Below, one piece after another: positions 24,047 through 36,794 of a stretch of 64,000 nucleotides of DNA. The notes beneath the pieces were generated by a model, which saw only the letters and a program-made list of their open reading frames with translations, had not been told where the DNA came from and made no database searches. The position numbers were made by a program, and so were the translations under genes. How positions within the stretch are numbered: the stretch's first letter is position 1; each line of letters begins with the position of its first letter. The DNA comes from Gnetum montanum (lineage: Eukaryota > Plantae > Gnetophyta), in contig MNCI01000970.1 in NCBI GenBank assembly GCA_015680685.1, positions 148,832 through 212,831 of the forward strand, given 5' to 3'.

Positions 24047-26815
24047 AGTACCTTGCTAGACTTTTCCCCAAAAGATGTTAAAACCCAACTTCAAAAATCT
24101 CCCATGTGACTAATCATCACTTCTAGTGGGGAGTGGTACATGGGAGAGACTTATCTCTTCTAGAATAACAAGCAGCCAAATGCCACTATAAAGATCCAGG
24201 ACATCAATGTGTTGTAGTCAATGAAGGTCATCTTTGAGGCCCTTGGCTTACCTGAAACTAAGACCAATTTGGTAGAGTTCTCTACACAAATGGACCTAGA
24301 GGTTAAAAAGAAGTGGATCCAGCAATGCTATAGAGTGAACTACAAGGAGTATGGTGCACTCACCATGGCAAAATGTGCATACTTCAAAATAGTGGCCTAC
24401 CACCTCAATCTGATGGTGAGGCCCAACAAGGTGATTTCCTTCTTCACCTAAGTGTGCACCACTCTGAGCAAGAAATTTCCCATTAACCTCCCACAACTAA
24501 ACTATTTGAATAAAGAAAAGTGATTTAAAGAAAATGAATGTGGGAGGAAGGCACCAAAAATTATGCAAAAGGGAAGGGATAGCCTGCTACACCAATGACA
24601 CATTGAGACATGTTCCTACTACCTCTTGGGCAAAAATGATAAAGGACAAGGTCCCTACCATGAACAAGGAAGAGGAGTAGCCACCACCACCACCCACTCA
24701 TGAAACAATGCAAAGGCATGTGCTACTATAGAGCACATGCAAAAGCTTTGAGAGTAACTCTTACAGTAGCAGCAAGTAGGTTCGAGTGATGACCCATCTA
24801 TCTACCAACCAACCTTGAGTCATCTGAATGAGGTAACTTGAACGATAAGCTATTTGAAGACACAATGCCAACTTTCTCTATCCAATGAATGCAAGAACAT
24901 GTGTGATCAAATCCTAGTGTCTAAGAGGTAATGGTGTTCATTCCAGGATAACAACAGTTCCCAGAAATCTCTAGAAATGCCACTACCTTTTTAGTGCACT
25001 TGCAAGAGGGAGATGGGGCAACTATCTTGATGATGTAGAATCAAGGATAAGGAAATGGTGGTCAAGGTAGTAGCAAACAGAGCTGCCAAGGTCCTAAATG
25101 TTACTGTGGCATCTATGCCCAATAGTGATGTACACAAAGATGTGTAGACATCTGCAAGAATGATCAATGGGATATTTAGTGTGACCCAGCACAAGGAGTT
25201 GCTAGAATGATTGGTGGAAACTCAACAACTAATTTCGAAGGTCTTTGACCTTTCAGATGACATCATTGCTACCTAGTCAGCACTATTGGAGGCAAGGGGC
25301 AAGAGCATCATCACAAAGGCTAAACTTGAAATAGCCAAAGATAAGAATTAGCACTTGGCTGTAGAGGTTACTAAACTTGGAGCCTACCTCATTGATCCCA
25401 TAGTACTCAGCCAAGCAGTAATCAAGGATGAAGCTTTTTAGCAACTTCAATCCAAACTTCAACAAGCTAAGTACACAAACAAGTTAGCGATCTTTGACCT
25501 ATCCTTAGCTTACACCACCATCTATAACATTCAAAAGGACTTGTTGAATGTTCATCAAGAGAATGTAAATCTAAGGATAATCATCACATGCACACTATCA
25601 AGCTCCAAAAGGAGCACATGGTTGAATGTATGAGATAGTAGCAAAAGCAGCTTGCCAAGGTGAAAATGGACCTAAGGAGGTTGGCAATAAAGAATCATAA
25701 TCTCTCCATGGAGGAGGTCTATGCCTTTCACCAAAGATTTGCAATCGAAATCACTGCCTAGAAGAACAAGGCTCTAAAATTCAAATGGGTCAAGAACCAC
25801 TACAGATACTAGGTTGGTTTATAGAAGAAGATCAACAAAAAAGAAATCAAACTGATGAAGGCAAAGGTGAATGAGGCCCTCCAGCAGCTCCAACAAGGAG
25901 CTGACATGTCATAGCTTATCTTTGATGGGCTGAATGTGTACAGCAAAGCTAAAATTCACCTCAAGGAGCTACAGATCGAGGAGATGATCGAATACATGGA
26001 GCTCGCCAACCTCTACTATGCAAACTTGGCAATGCTAACTACTGAAAGGCCAAGGTTAGATTTGGAAAAGAAAGTGGCTAGCTCATACCTATTGTACAAG
26101 GCTGAGTTCAAGCACCATAAGGAGACCAAGCAAAAGCTTGAAATAGTGAATGTTGAACTCGATGTTCTCAAGTAATGCTTCACTAATTAGAGATCCACAG
26201 TTGAGAATTTGGCTAGAAGGTTGAATGACTACCAAGAGCTGTAAAACGTTGTCAAAACATTTGACATTGAACGAAAATAATTCATAGCCTGGTTCGTTAA
26301 TGTGAAGGTGTTGTTTCCTACAATGCCCTATCCTTGGAATGTTCCCATACCAACTCACATTGGTAATGCTGCATAAACCATGTATGATCCTAGGAGTAAG
26401 AAGAAGAAGATGAAGGCATTGTTGGATGCTTTCTATCTTCTACCAAAAGTCACAACTACAACCGAACAGCCACAAGCATAGCCTCAACCACAACATTCGT
26501 GTGCATCGAAGGCAAGAGAAGGTCCTTCGGCATCTTAAGAACCTCCATCGCCTAGGACTGTTTGATTTTCTTCCTCATCTTCAAGTCACCAAAGGAGTTG
26601 TGCTATTAATTTTTATCATGGTGTTCAATTTTGTTATCATGAATACCAAATCTTGTAATGATTGTAAGTGCATACACTTGGGCACTTAGTGTTTGTTTAT
26701 GTTTGTTTGTATGTCAGTAGTTAGTCAACAATCCTATACCTTTCCAAAATTTTATAAGAAACATGTTTCTCCTTTTGTTCACTCGAGGATGAGTTTTCAT
26801 TTAGTCATGGAGGTA

Positions 26816-27644
26816 TGATGAGTTGTCATTTTTTGGCTGTATTGACAGGATCCCATCGATGCAATCCCATCAACATGATTACATCGATGCAGGGTTTGAC
26901 ACATTGATGCATACACGTTGACACAGTGTCTTATCTTACCTATAAATATGCGCTCACCAACTACATTTATGGCATCCATTCATTAGTAGCTAGCCGAACT
27001 CTTGCATTTTTATTTCTCTAGAGTTAGAATATTTTTTAAGTGCCTACAGTAGGAGTAAGCAATGTACAGATCTTTATTCTAGCACTATTGTACCTAAGCA
27101 CCTTAGTGTAAACTAAGGACGACCTTTCCTCATAAACCTTGTAGCACTTGGACTTAGCCTAATGTTTACTTTATGCATTTATTATCCAAGCATTTTACTT
27201 TAATGCATTTAATTAATTAAATTATAGCAATAATTAAAGCATATAAGTACGACCATCTTGAGCATACACTTAATGCTTGGTAATCCTAATAGTGCTTAAT
27301 AATTGGTAACCCAGTAGCATTGTAACGTGTTCAAGATGTGTATGGAAGATGGAAACAAATTCTTATGTTACGACTAGTTAAGCATTAATTAGTTATTAGA
27401 TTAATTAAGCATATAAATACTTTATTTTAGGCACTTAGGTGATTTAAACAATAAACATAAAATGATAAAAATCATATGCCTTAGTTACACTTAACCATAC
27501 ACTTACATTTCACAAGTGAAGATGAGAAGACAATAATCACGCTTGTTAGATTTACTACCTAGACCTAGTGTATTTAGAGAGCTAAAGTCTACGGAATTCA
27601 ACTCGATTTCTTAGTGAACACTAGCATTTTGTATGTGCTCATCA
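26816..27644 (+). repeat. 3' LTR of element A (829 bp)
   Basis: tgatgagttgtc...gctcatca, TATA cctataaata at ~26939-26948; shares short motif blocks with the B and C LTRs. Confidence 0.85.
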
Positions 27645-30600
27645 AGCAATATATCATCCACATTAAATGCTAATAGTATTTATAGTGTTTCATTGATCTT
27701 CCAATAGAATAAATTTATATCTTTAATTGATTTTTTAAATTCATGATTTTTCATAAATGCCTCTATCTATTAGTACAATGTTCTTGGGCTTGTTTCAATC
27801 TATGTAAGGCTTCCTTTAACTTGCATACTAAATTTTTATCTTATATGATTCCTTTTGATTGATCCATAGATATTTTTTCTTCCAACTCTCCATACAAGAA
27901 TGTATATTTCACATCAATCTAGTATAACAACTTCTAGTAGTTTCAAGGTGTTATCACAATCATCACTCTAAAAATCTAGTTTTAGCAATTAGGGCAAATG
28001 TCTCTTTATAGTCAATTCCTTCTTACTAAAGGAAACCTTTAGTGATAAGTCTAGCCTTATACTTATCCAAATTTCCATCATCTTTCAACTTCATAGTGAA
28101 TACCCATGTATTTCTTATAACATTATTGTTGTTTGGCTTTGGTACCAAATCCCATACTTTTCTTTAATCATCAGATCATATTCAGCCCACATGGCATCTT
28201 TCTAATGTAGTTTTATCAATGCCTCCTTCACATTCTTTGAAGCTTTATTATCTAGGATGTTCGTACATTGACAATTTTCTTTTTGTGGTTGTCTCCATTG
28301 ATTTCTTGTCCCTCCTAGTTAATTTATATCTCTTGGTAGTATCTATCTTGCATTTTAAATGATTTTATATCACTATTTTGGCATTTTTCTTTGATTATCT
28401 TGGGATTTTTTATTTTTTTTACAATGAGCTTCTTAAGTACCTTGAATATTTTATACCTCTTCATGGTCTCTCCCTAAGCTAAGAGTTTCAACATGATAGT
28501 CAAGTTCCTTGGATTCTCCTTCTTAGTATACTTCTCCATCAAGATCTTTGACTCTATCTATCTATAGAACATGTCTCCATGTTATTTCACTAATCAAACT
28601 ATTCTCATGACATACTACATCTTTTAATATTATAAGATTTTGGATGTCATCATCCTAAATATTGTAACCTTTTGTGTGTTCACCTATGAAGGTTTCTTTC
28701 CTTGCTTCAATTGTGCACATGGTAATATACCTTGCATTTGAATACTCTCAAAGGTTCAACTTTCAATTTCTTTCTACTCCATATCTTATTTGAACATTTG
28801 AAGCTTAATGTAGTAGTTGGACTTCTATTCAGAATATGGACTACTATCTGTACAACTTCTCCCTACAAAATTTTGTTTAGATTTTCTTGGAATAGCATAC
28901 ATCTAACCATCTTATCTATGCTTTGGTTTTTTTTTTTTTTTTTTTTTTTTTTGCTCCTTCATTTTATTGGGTTAAGCATACTTTTGTTAGTTGATGAATA
29001 ATTCCTTTATTGTTAAGGAATGTCTCAAATTTTTGTGACATATTTTGTACCATTATCAAGCCAAAACTTCTTGATTTTCCATCACATTGTTTCTCCACAA
29101 ACTTATTGAATTTTATGAAAGTATCAAAGGCTTCACTGTTTGTTGTAAAAAGATACACCCATATTTTCCATCAGTGATCATCTATGAATGTTATAAAATA
29201 CCTATTCCCATCTTTGGTCTATATATCGCATAACTTTTAATATCTAAATGAATTAGATCCAACATAGACTTGATGGTACTCTTCCATTTATGTAGAAATG
29301 GTGTCATTGCATATCTTTCCAATACATAAGATTTGCAAAATTGAATTTCCTTTGTACCAAGGTTTAGTAACCCTTCCACTATTTTTGGTAGTTTCTTCAT
29401 ATATGTTGTATTAAGGTGTCCAAATCTCACATGCCATAACTTTTATTGCAATTTAATTATGTGTAACAAAGTACATAGATTTTGTTAGTGAATTCAATGT
29501 AAACACTTAATTATTTTCTTTTGTATCAGCAACCGTTTTGTTTTTCTTTGGTCTATAATTTGACAATGCATTTGGTCATCCTTTTCTTTCTTAAATATCA
29601 TCCACTTTTCTGATTTCACTAATTCAGCAATGGAATCAACAAACATCAAGTTGTATCCTTCTACTTCTAGGGCATAGTAGACATCTTTGATTTTTAGAGA
29701 TATTTGATTGAATTTTACAACCTCTTCAACTAGTTTGTAGCTACTTAGGTCTCATGTTGTTATTATGGCTCCTCCACTCATAGACAAATTCATTTATTTA
29801 AACATCCTTATTCTTTCATGTGAGTCATTCTTTTCACAAAATCATTGAAGGATGAGGATCTGATCATTGATTACTTGATGTATTTGATTTAACCTTAAGC
29901 CATTTTTTTGTGGTTGTCTTCTTATGTTTCTATTCCTCCTTGCATAAGCTTTTATTGAGCATGAGTAGCTTTTGGATTCTTTAAACTAAACAAACAATTT
30001 TTATAGTTGTGTCCCTTCTTACCACAAATAATGTGTAGATCATCATCAGTTGGCTTTTCTATTTTTTGAAAGTTGTTTTTTCTTATCATTCTTAAAATTT
30101 CTTTTTTATCCTAATTGGCACATAACCTTTTCAACTATTTTTTCTTCTTGTTTCATTTTTTTTTTCTCTTTTAGTTGTAATTTAATATTATATTCTTCTA
30201 GCAAGGCACCTAATAGGCTTTATTTAATATATGATTCATCCAAGTATATTCCTTCATTCTCTAATCTTGATCTTAGATCATTGATCTCAATGGTTAAATT
30301 AGCGATTGATTAATTTGGTTTTATTTAAAGATTTCTTAGCTTGTTCATTAACTACTTCTTCCTAGATTCATCAACTAATCCATACATTTTCTCCAAGATT
30401 TACCAAATCTTATGGGGTTCATTCATTCCTTGGATATGTATTGTATTTCAAGGGTAATATTCATCTTGATGGGCAAGGCTACCAGCTGATCCATCTCTTT
30501 ATCTTCATTTGTAAGAGCCTTCTTGGGATATTTTGTTGTATTCCAAAGTTCATTGGCACTCATCAATAACTTCATCATTTCAACCCAAATACAGAAGTTG

Positions 30601-31377
30601 GCTTTCGTCAAAGGATATTTTCTAGAATAGTCACTTTTCCAACTAGGATCTTCCTCCTTTGCTTCTCTACAAGGGTAAATCTCTACAATTCTCTATTCAA
30701 TACTTCTATTTTCTTATCTTAGTCTATCTTTTTCTTGGGGGTTCCATTGCTACTTTAATTTTCTTCATCTTCATGTTTTGGCTCTAGTTCCATGTTGAAC
30801 ATTATGTTTGTTTACCAAGATCTTAAAACACAAAAAAAATAATAGAATGGCTCTAATACCATGTTGAACCTCACATTTATTTACTAAGATCTTAAAACAT
30901 AAAAAGATAAAAGAATTAACAACAATAATTTTCATTTGTTACGATCAAGTGTTATGTACAAAGGTTATATAAATTTAACAATAAACATATGAATATAAAT
31001 CTTAATCCACACATCCACAAATCAAAGCAACTTGTTTCTTATATATCTACAGTAAAAGTCTTTTGTTCCTTGGCACAGAATCCTCTTACTTGGTTTGGTT
31101 CCGCTTAGCTCCCAATTCACAAACATGGTTGTTTCCTATCTAAGATGTCTTTGTGAATTCCAATGCACCTCACTCCTCTCTTAATGTAGTTTCTTTCACA
31201 TTAATTGCCATAGTTTCCTTCACATTAATTACCATGGTCTTACTTTGATCCTACTTCATTTTACATCCTTGTACCATCACATTTTTTCTTAGTTGGTCAC
31301 TTAACTTTTCATAACTAATCTTTAATCTTTATTTCCATTTTATTATATGGTTCTATAGTTTTTCTCAACTTTTAACA
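27645..31377 (-). mobile_element. Decayed Ty1/Copia element (5' LTR, PBS, gag, integrase, start of RT), cut within RT by element A
   Basis: LTR at 30862-31377 (tgttgaa...tttaaca); tRNA-Met PBS gctctaatacca at 30850-30861; gag NFCIWVEMMKLL; knuckle ICGKKGHNYKNC; gag-pre-integrase WHVRFGHLN; integrase; RT WVFTMK...KYKARL...GIDYKETFA. Confidence 0.88.
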
Positions 31378-32145
31378 TAGATTCTACATACTATTCTATT
31401 TTATGTACACAAAATACAAGAGATCCATTTTGTATACATATATTCTTATCAATTCCATCTAATAGATGAAATCTTCGAACTCAATTCTTACATGAAGATG
31501 AATTGGTACTACAATAGATACTATGTAGAAAACAAGTCATCATGTGCACTTTTCTCTCTATTTTAACATTGCACTTCATTAAAAGACATTTACATATGCT
31601 CGCTGCATGAAAAATATTTGTATAACTCTATTTACCTCCCTCTAGAATTCAAATGATCTTAACAATATCATCATCCTTTTCAATTGCAACCTTTAACTAT
31701 TTTCTATATCTTATAAGTAATCTTAACACTATTTACTCTTATTATTTACAGTTTATTGCTTCAATGTGATCTAAATAAATAAGAAAGTTGCACATAAATA
31801 AGGAGGTAGCTTTTCATAGAAACCAATGCTAAAAGAAAACTCAGGTAACGAACCCCATTTTAATGTCACTTAAAGCCATGGACAGAATTCAAAAAGACGT
31901 TGCAATGTCTTCCTTCAGATTCAATTTGCAATGCAATTATCTGCTAAGCTACCAGGGTAAGAAAAATGTCTTATTTCAGTAAAACACGGCGATCGTAATT
32001 CTTATAATGCTTTCAGGGATAGAGCCAACATAATACATATGAACACCGAACATGAGCCTGAGTAAATGATGTTTGACCATACCTAAACAATATATGTCAG
32101 GCCAAACACATCTGCGTTTTTTGGCACCGTGATGTTCTTTCTTTC

Positions 32146-34494
32146 TCAGATATATTTTTCCCAAAAACCCAGAAAAGGAAACAAAGCAATGAGCAATCTT
32201 AGTAACAGAGGAATTTCTTTTCTCCTCAGCTTTCCGCTGAGCTTACCTCCCACGTTTCTCCTTCTGGGTGGTCTCTGTCTCTGGTTGTAACTATCCAGGT
32301 CATCCCAACCACCAAGATTCATCCCACCATCCGTTGGATTCTCTTCCCTTGATTCAGTACTTCCCCATGAATTTGTGTCCTTTCTGTCTGACTCCATGCT
32401 AGGATCTGCATTAGCAGAAGCTCTAGATTGACTAGAAGCTTCAGTTTCTTCCATATTTTCTGATGTTTCTGCATATCCAGCTCTGGATTGAGTCCTGTAA
32501 TATGATTTCCTGGGTCTTTCCATTGGTTCTACTGGGTCTGGTTCAAATATGTTGAAGAATGCCTGTGCAGTCTGCTGGAGCAAAGCAACAAGGCTTCTCC
32601 TGGCAAATGGTATGAGAAGGGCCATTGCAATGGCCATGGGATTTCCTAGTAACAGGGGAAGCAGCACTGCTGGAACAAGCCATGTCAATGTTCTAAAGGC
32701 CTGCATCCATTTGTTATAAGAGAAAAAGAAAAAAAGAAAAACGGGGTCAGCAAATCATCCTGTTTAATTAATTTCTTATAGCACTCTAGAGAGGTTAAAT
32801 TTAGAAACAGTATCGAGGATGCAGTAAAACAAACGATTGACTCCTCTGAGAAATGACTAAGTTAAAGCATAATTGAAGGCTTCAAATTATTGCACTCTAG
32901 AGACTTTTAAAATGGTAAAAACATCCTTAAAACAGCTACTTATTACAGACACTGATAGCCTGATTGTAATTGTTAAATTACTTAGCAAGAAGGAGATCTC
33001 ACGTTGGGCCTCATGAACCTTCGTTCCCAAATATATGTTGATTTGCTAAGAGTTTAGTCTGCAGTGCTTAAAACACTGCATTACTTCAAAAAATTAGAAA
33101 AGGATGAAGTTTACCGATCTTATTTCTTTGCACAATTGAATTCATTGTTTTTTTTAATAATTTTGCTTAACTTTAATTCAATTTCATTCTTAACTAATTA
33201 ATGTGAATCTTATTTGTAATAAAACTCAAATTTGCTAATTTAAAGCTTATATCAATTTAGTCAAAATGGCCGCCAATTTCTAACATTTTACGACACAAAT
33301 TTGCTTTTTAGTATGATTACTTTTTGCTTAAAGTAACAAGACAGATTCATTCAGAAAAAAACAAGAAAACAAAACAGTGAAGGCGAAGGGCTTTCCATGG
33401 CCACCTATGCCATAGCTGGCCATAAAAAAGAGCAAAGCTTGAGCATAGTACCTCGATCCAGTGCAACTGCCCTAACATTGACACGGATGTTACAAAATTC
33501 CTGCATTGACACTGCAATTTGTTGGGACATTGCATTGCACAGGAGCATTATGAAAATTGTGTACCAAACCATGGAACCATATAGCTGCCATGCATGGCCT
33601 TCCCATGAAAACCTCTCTTCTTAACCATGGCTCTTTTTTAAATGTGCTTTGGATGAATTTGTCTTGCAACTTTAAACAAAACTGATCGCACCAGAAAATA
33701 AATCCCACATACAAACTGTTGAAATTGTTTTTTCATCTGGATGAAATTGATATAAGCTCTAAACTGAGTGAAACAATTAACAAATTTAAGCTATCTTATT
33801 TGAGATTAACTATGAACAACATTGAATTAATTTATTGAAATTGTTACGCAGAAAAAATTCAAATGACCAAATACATTAAAAACCCCAGCAGCAAAAACAC
33901 AATAAGGTCCACCATTTCTAATCTTGCCCCCAGCTTAAGTTCAAGAAAAATACCGCATTGGTTACATGTCCTACGTACATATGGTCACATTAGTTCCAAC
34001 AGCCTTACTTACCCGCAAGAAAGTTTGCAGTCTGTAATCGACCAGAAAACTGGAAGCCTCATGGGGAAAAAAATGACGAAACTGGGCATGTAAAATACCT
34101 GCAGAACGATTGTGCTCCCCGAGGAAGGCCGGTACTCTTCATCCACAAAATCTTCAAATTCCTCGTCATTTTCATCGTCATAGTATGCATCTTCTTCTTC
34201 TTCTTCTTCATCCAAAGACCACCATGGCCTTGTGTATCCATAATCTTTCTTGTACGAGTAATTTCTCTTGAATTCATGATTTCTCTGATCACTCTTCCAA
34301 AACCCAAGTGCAAAATTGTCTCTCAAAACGCTGCAATCAGTCACAGTTCCACATTGCCAGGATTTGCAGACAATGGTAGAAGAATGGTGTCTAAGAGCGA
34401 GGAGTGGATGTGAAGCAGAAGCAGAGCATTTCGATTCAGGAAATGGCCGAGTGGCAGGATTCTGGATTGCTGTAACGACTTGATTCACGTTCAT
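32146..34494 (-). CDS. Uncharacterised protein, 316 aa, probably plastid membrane; exons 34494-34099 and 32700-32146
   Basis: Canonical phase-0 GT-AG intron (CAG|gtattt...atgcag|GCC) and an intact frame. Transit-peptide-like N-terminus, acidic tract, hydrophobic hairpin WLVPAVLLPLLLGNPMAIAMALLIPF, C-terminal PLLLRLLIALFPFLGFW. Confidence 0.85.
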
Positions 34495-34636
34495 GGCAGC
34501 GCAGGTCCTGCTTGCAAAACATGACTACTCAAAATATTATCGACTGTGTTTCTTCCCGTCCTCCCATCACGGTACTGGATAAGACTGCACTTTCCTTTCG
34601 CGAAAGAAACCAGCGCTACGGCCTTTTATTTATTTG

Positions 34637-34939
34637 TATTTTATTTTATAATCTTTTAAAATATGCAATCACGATTCATTCACTATGTCTGCAGGACAAT
34701 TTAGCATTACCTGTCACGATGGTTATTTATTTGTATTCTATTTTATAATCTTTTTAAAATATGCAAGCACGATTCATTCACACTGTCTGCAGGACAATTT
34801 AGCATTAAATTTTAGCATTAAATTTTTCCACAATTACTGTCACGATTTTATTTTATAATCTTTTTAAAATATGCAAGCACGATTCATTCACACTGGACAA
34901 TTTAGCACTAAATTTTTCCACAATGACCTGTCACGATGG
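34637..34939. repeat. Three ~100-bp tandem units in the proximal promoter of the 316-aa gene
   Basis: ttttataatctttt(t)aaaatatgcaa(t/g)cacgattcattcac...ggacaatttagca...ctgtcacgat occurs three times. Confidence 0.9.
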
Positions 34940-36794
34940 CCAGGATGATGATGATGAATTTTAATAGAACAATAAAATTTCTTTCAAATTTTATTTACTA
35001 AATTATAAAAATTAATAACTTCTTAACTAAACTTCTTTTTTTCTTTGGTCTAGAATGCTTGTGGAGATTCAATAACTTGCATAGAAAGCCCTGCCCTTAA
35101 AGCCCTTGCTAAGAGGTAATAGTTACTTTAATGCTCAATCCCAAGATTCTATTCATAAATATACAATTAACAAGAATTAAGAAATTTTCAACCAACCCCA
35201 CTGATTCTTCTTCGTCCAGCACTTACTGTACACGCTGAAACGAAGCGTGCTCTTAAAGACACTTCTCTCATCGAACTTCATAACAAAATGATGATAATAC
35301 TTTCTCAATTTATGATGCCCATTAGCATTAAACCTGTGACCAAACTAAAACCTTGTTATTATCACTATCTATAACCCTCTATGCTATCACCATCCTATTA
35401 CAATCTTACACTGAAGTTGTTCGCTTTTGCAAAGAGAGAATACATGAAGATGAAGTAGAAATGAAAACCAATCACCCTAACACAAACAAAATGATACATA
35501 TACATAATTGTAAAATGATATGATTATGCGTAGTTAGAAATATTAAATGCCACACACAAACTCAGTAATATGTTTTATAACTTGGGTTTTATATTGCATG
35601 TTCAATTCCGTCTAATTACATAATATTAGATAATAAGCTTAAAAATGATAACTACAAGCTAATTACAGATTAAGTTAAAAGGTATCAACTCTCCTCTTTT
35701 ATTAATCATCCATAAAAGCGGGGCAAAAAACCTTTTATCTAAAAAACCATGTCGTAAGCTTCATAGTGCAATAACATTTTTACCCTTTCCACCTACAATA
35801 CTTGTTTCTGAATCCCAACGGCAAAGGGCGTATGACTTTCAAGTGTATATACGATTCCACGTGTTTAAAATTTCTACCTCGTTGATAAGGAGAGATCAAA
35901 CGCTTAATTTGACCGAGTAAGACAGAAAAGTTTTAAAATCTTAATGTCACCACTGAACAGATGATATAATTTGATTTATTGCTTCTTACTGCATAAAATT
36001 TGTAGTTCACCGTCATTATGAGGCCTCATTCCCCCAATTCATGGACCTCTCGACTGGCCCCATGATCAATCTAATATTGTTTATTTTAAAAAACAAACAT
36101 CTAAACAGAAATTGAACTTTATTAACCATCCATGCGAAATATAAGGATTACCAATATCGAACCTAAAGCTGTGACTTTAGATCACAGAGCTTAACCAACA
36201 AGTTTCACCTCATTGATTTCCATTTTTAATTTTCCTTATTTATGGTTTTATTATTTTATTCCAATCAATCCAATTTATCTTACAAATGAAGCGCAGAGAT
36301 TATTACGTATAAAAACCTCCTTGATATGTTATCATCTTTGCTGGTATATAACACCAGAAGTTTTTTGGGAATAACTGTGGTTGAAATTAGCAGCTAAATG
36401 TTCTGTCTGCAGCTCTCTATACGCACCTATGATTTCTATGGAAACTCCAATGAGATAACTCCATTTCTCTGTAAGAACGTCCTACAAGGAATATTACCTG
36501 CTACTTCCATTGTAAACAAGTTCTCTCATCTGGTAACCAACCTGAAAAGAATTTGAAATCTGTTCCCAGTTGTGCTACCATGGAATCACTAGAAGAGCAT
36601 GGGCTACACTTGATTGAAGAATCTACTTAAACTTCCTTAAATATCCGTTTCCAAGTTGCAATGACAGCCCATGAACCAATCCTACCCAGGTAAATGCTGA
36701 AAGCTGGAGCTAATGAAGCCAAGTTCAGCTCCATGCAATGGCAATGTGCCCATAATTTCGTTGAGAAAAAATGAAACCTAATATTTAAAATGGC

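Larger units (their letters stand above)
2804..26600 (+). pseudogene. Element A accessory ORF (plant transposon protein/ATHILA-ORF-like domain + coiled coil), split 2804-3117 / 24052-~26600, degenerate
   Basis: The fragments KVIFEALGLPET...AYFKIVAYHL and IEEMIEYMELANLYYANLAML are homologous to the element C ORF (TILEVLNLLNT...IYFKIGTYHL; IQDLIEYMELANMRYANLTML). Many stops; the 3' end is approximate. Confidence 0.8.
1933..27644 (+). mobile_element. Athila-like element A, 3' part (1933-3117 + 24052-27644), interrupted by the Tat element
   Basis: The accessory ORF reads across the Tat insertion (ELNFGT|LLDFSPKDVKTQLQKSPM*LIITSSGEWYMGETY) and matches element C (EFNFESFEEFTPEVVRDHLKGSPLLPMLFASGAWYLGETY). 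The pre-LTR segment gatgagttttcatttagtcatggaggta matches element C. 3' LTR at 26816-27644. Confidence 0.85.

Noticed and set aside
35858-35890. G-box (CACGTG) and I-box (GATAAGG) pair
   Set aside because: Short words ~1.4 kb from the ATG; these could arise by chance without conservation data.
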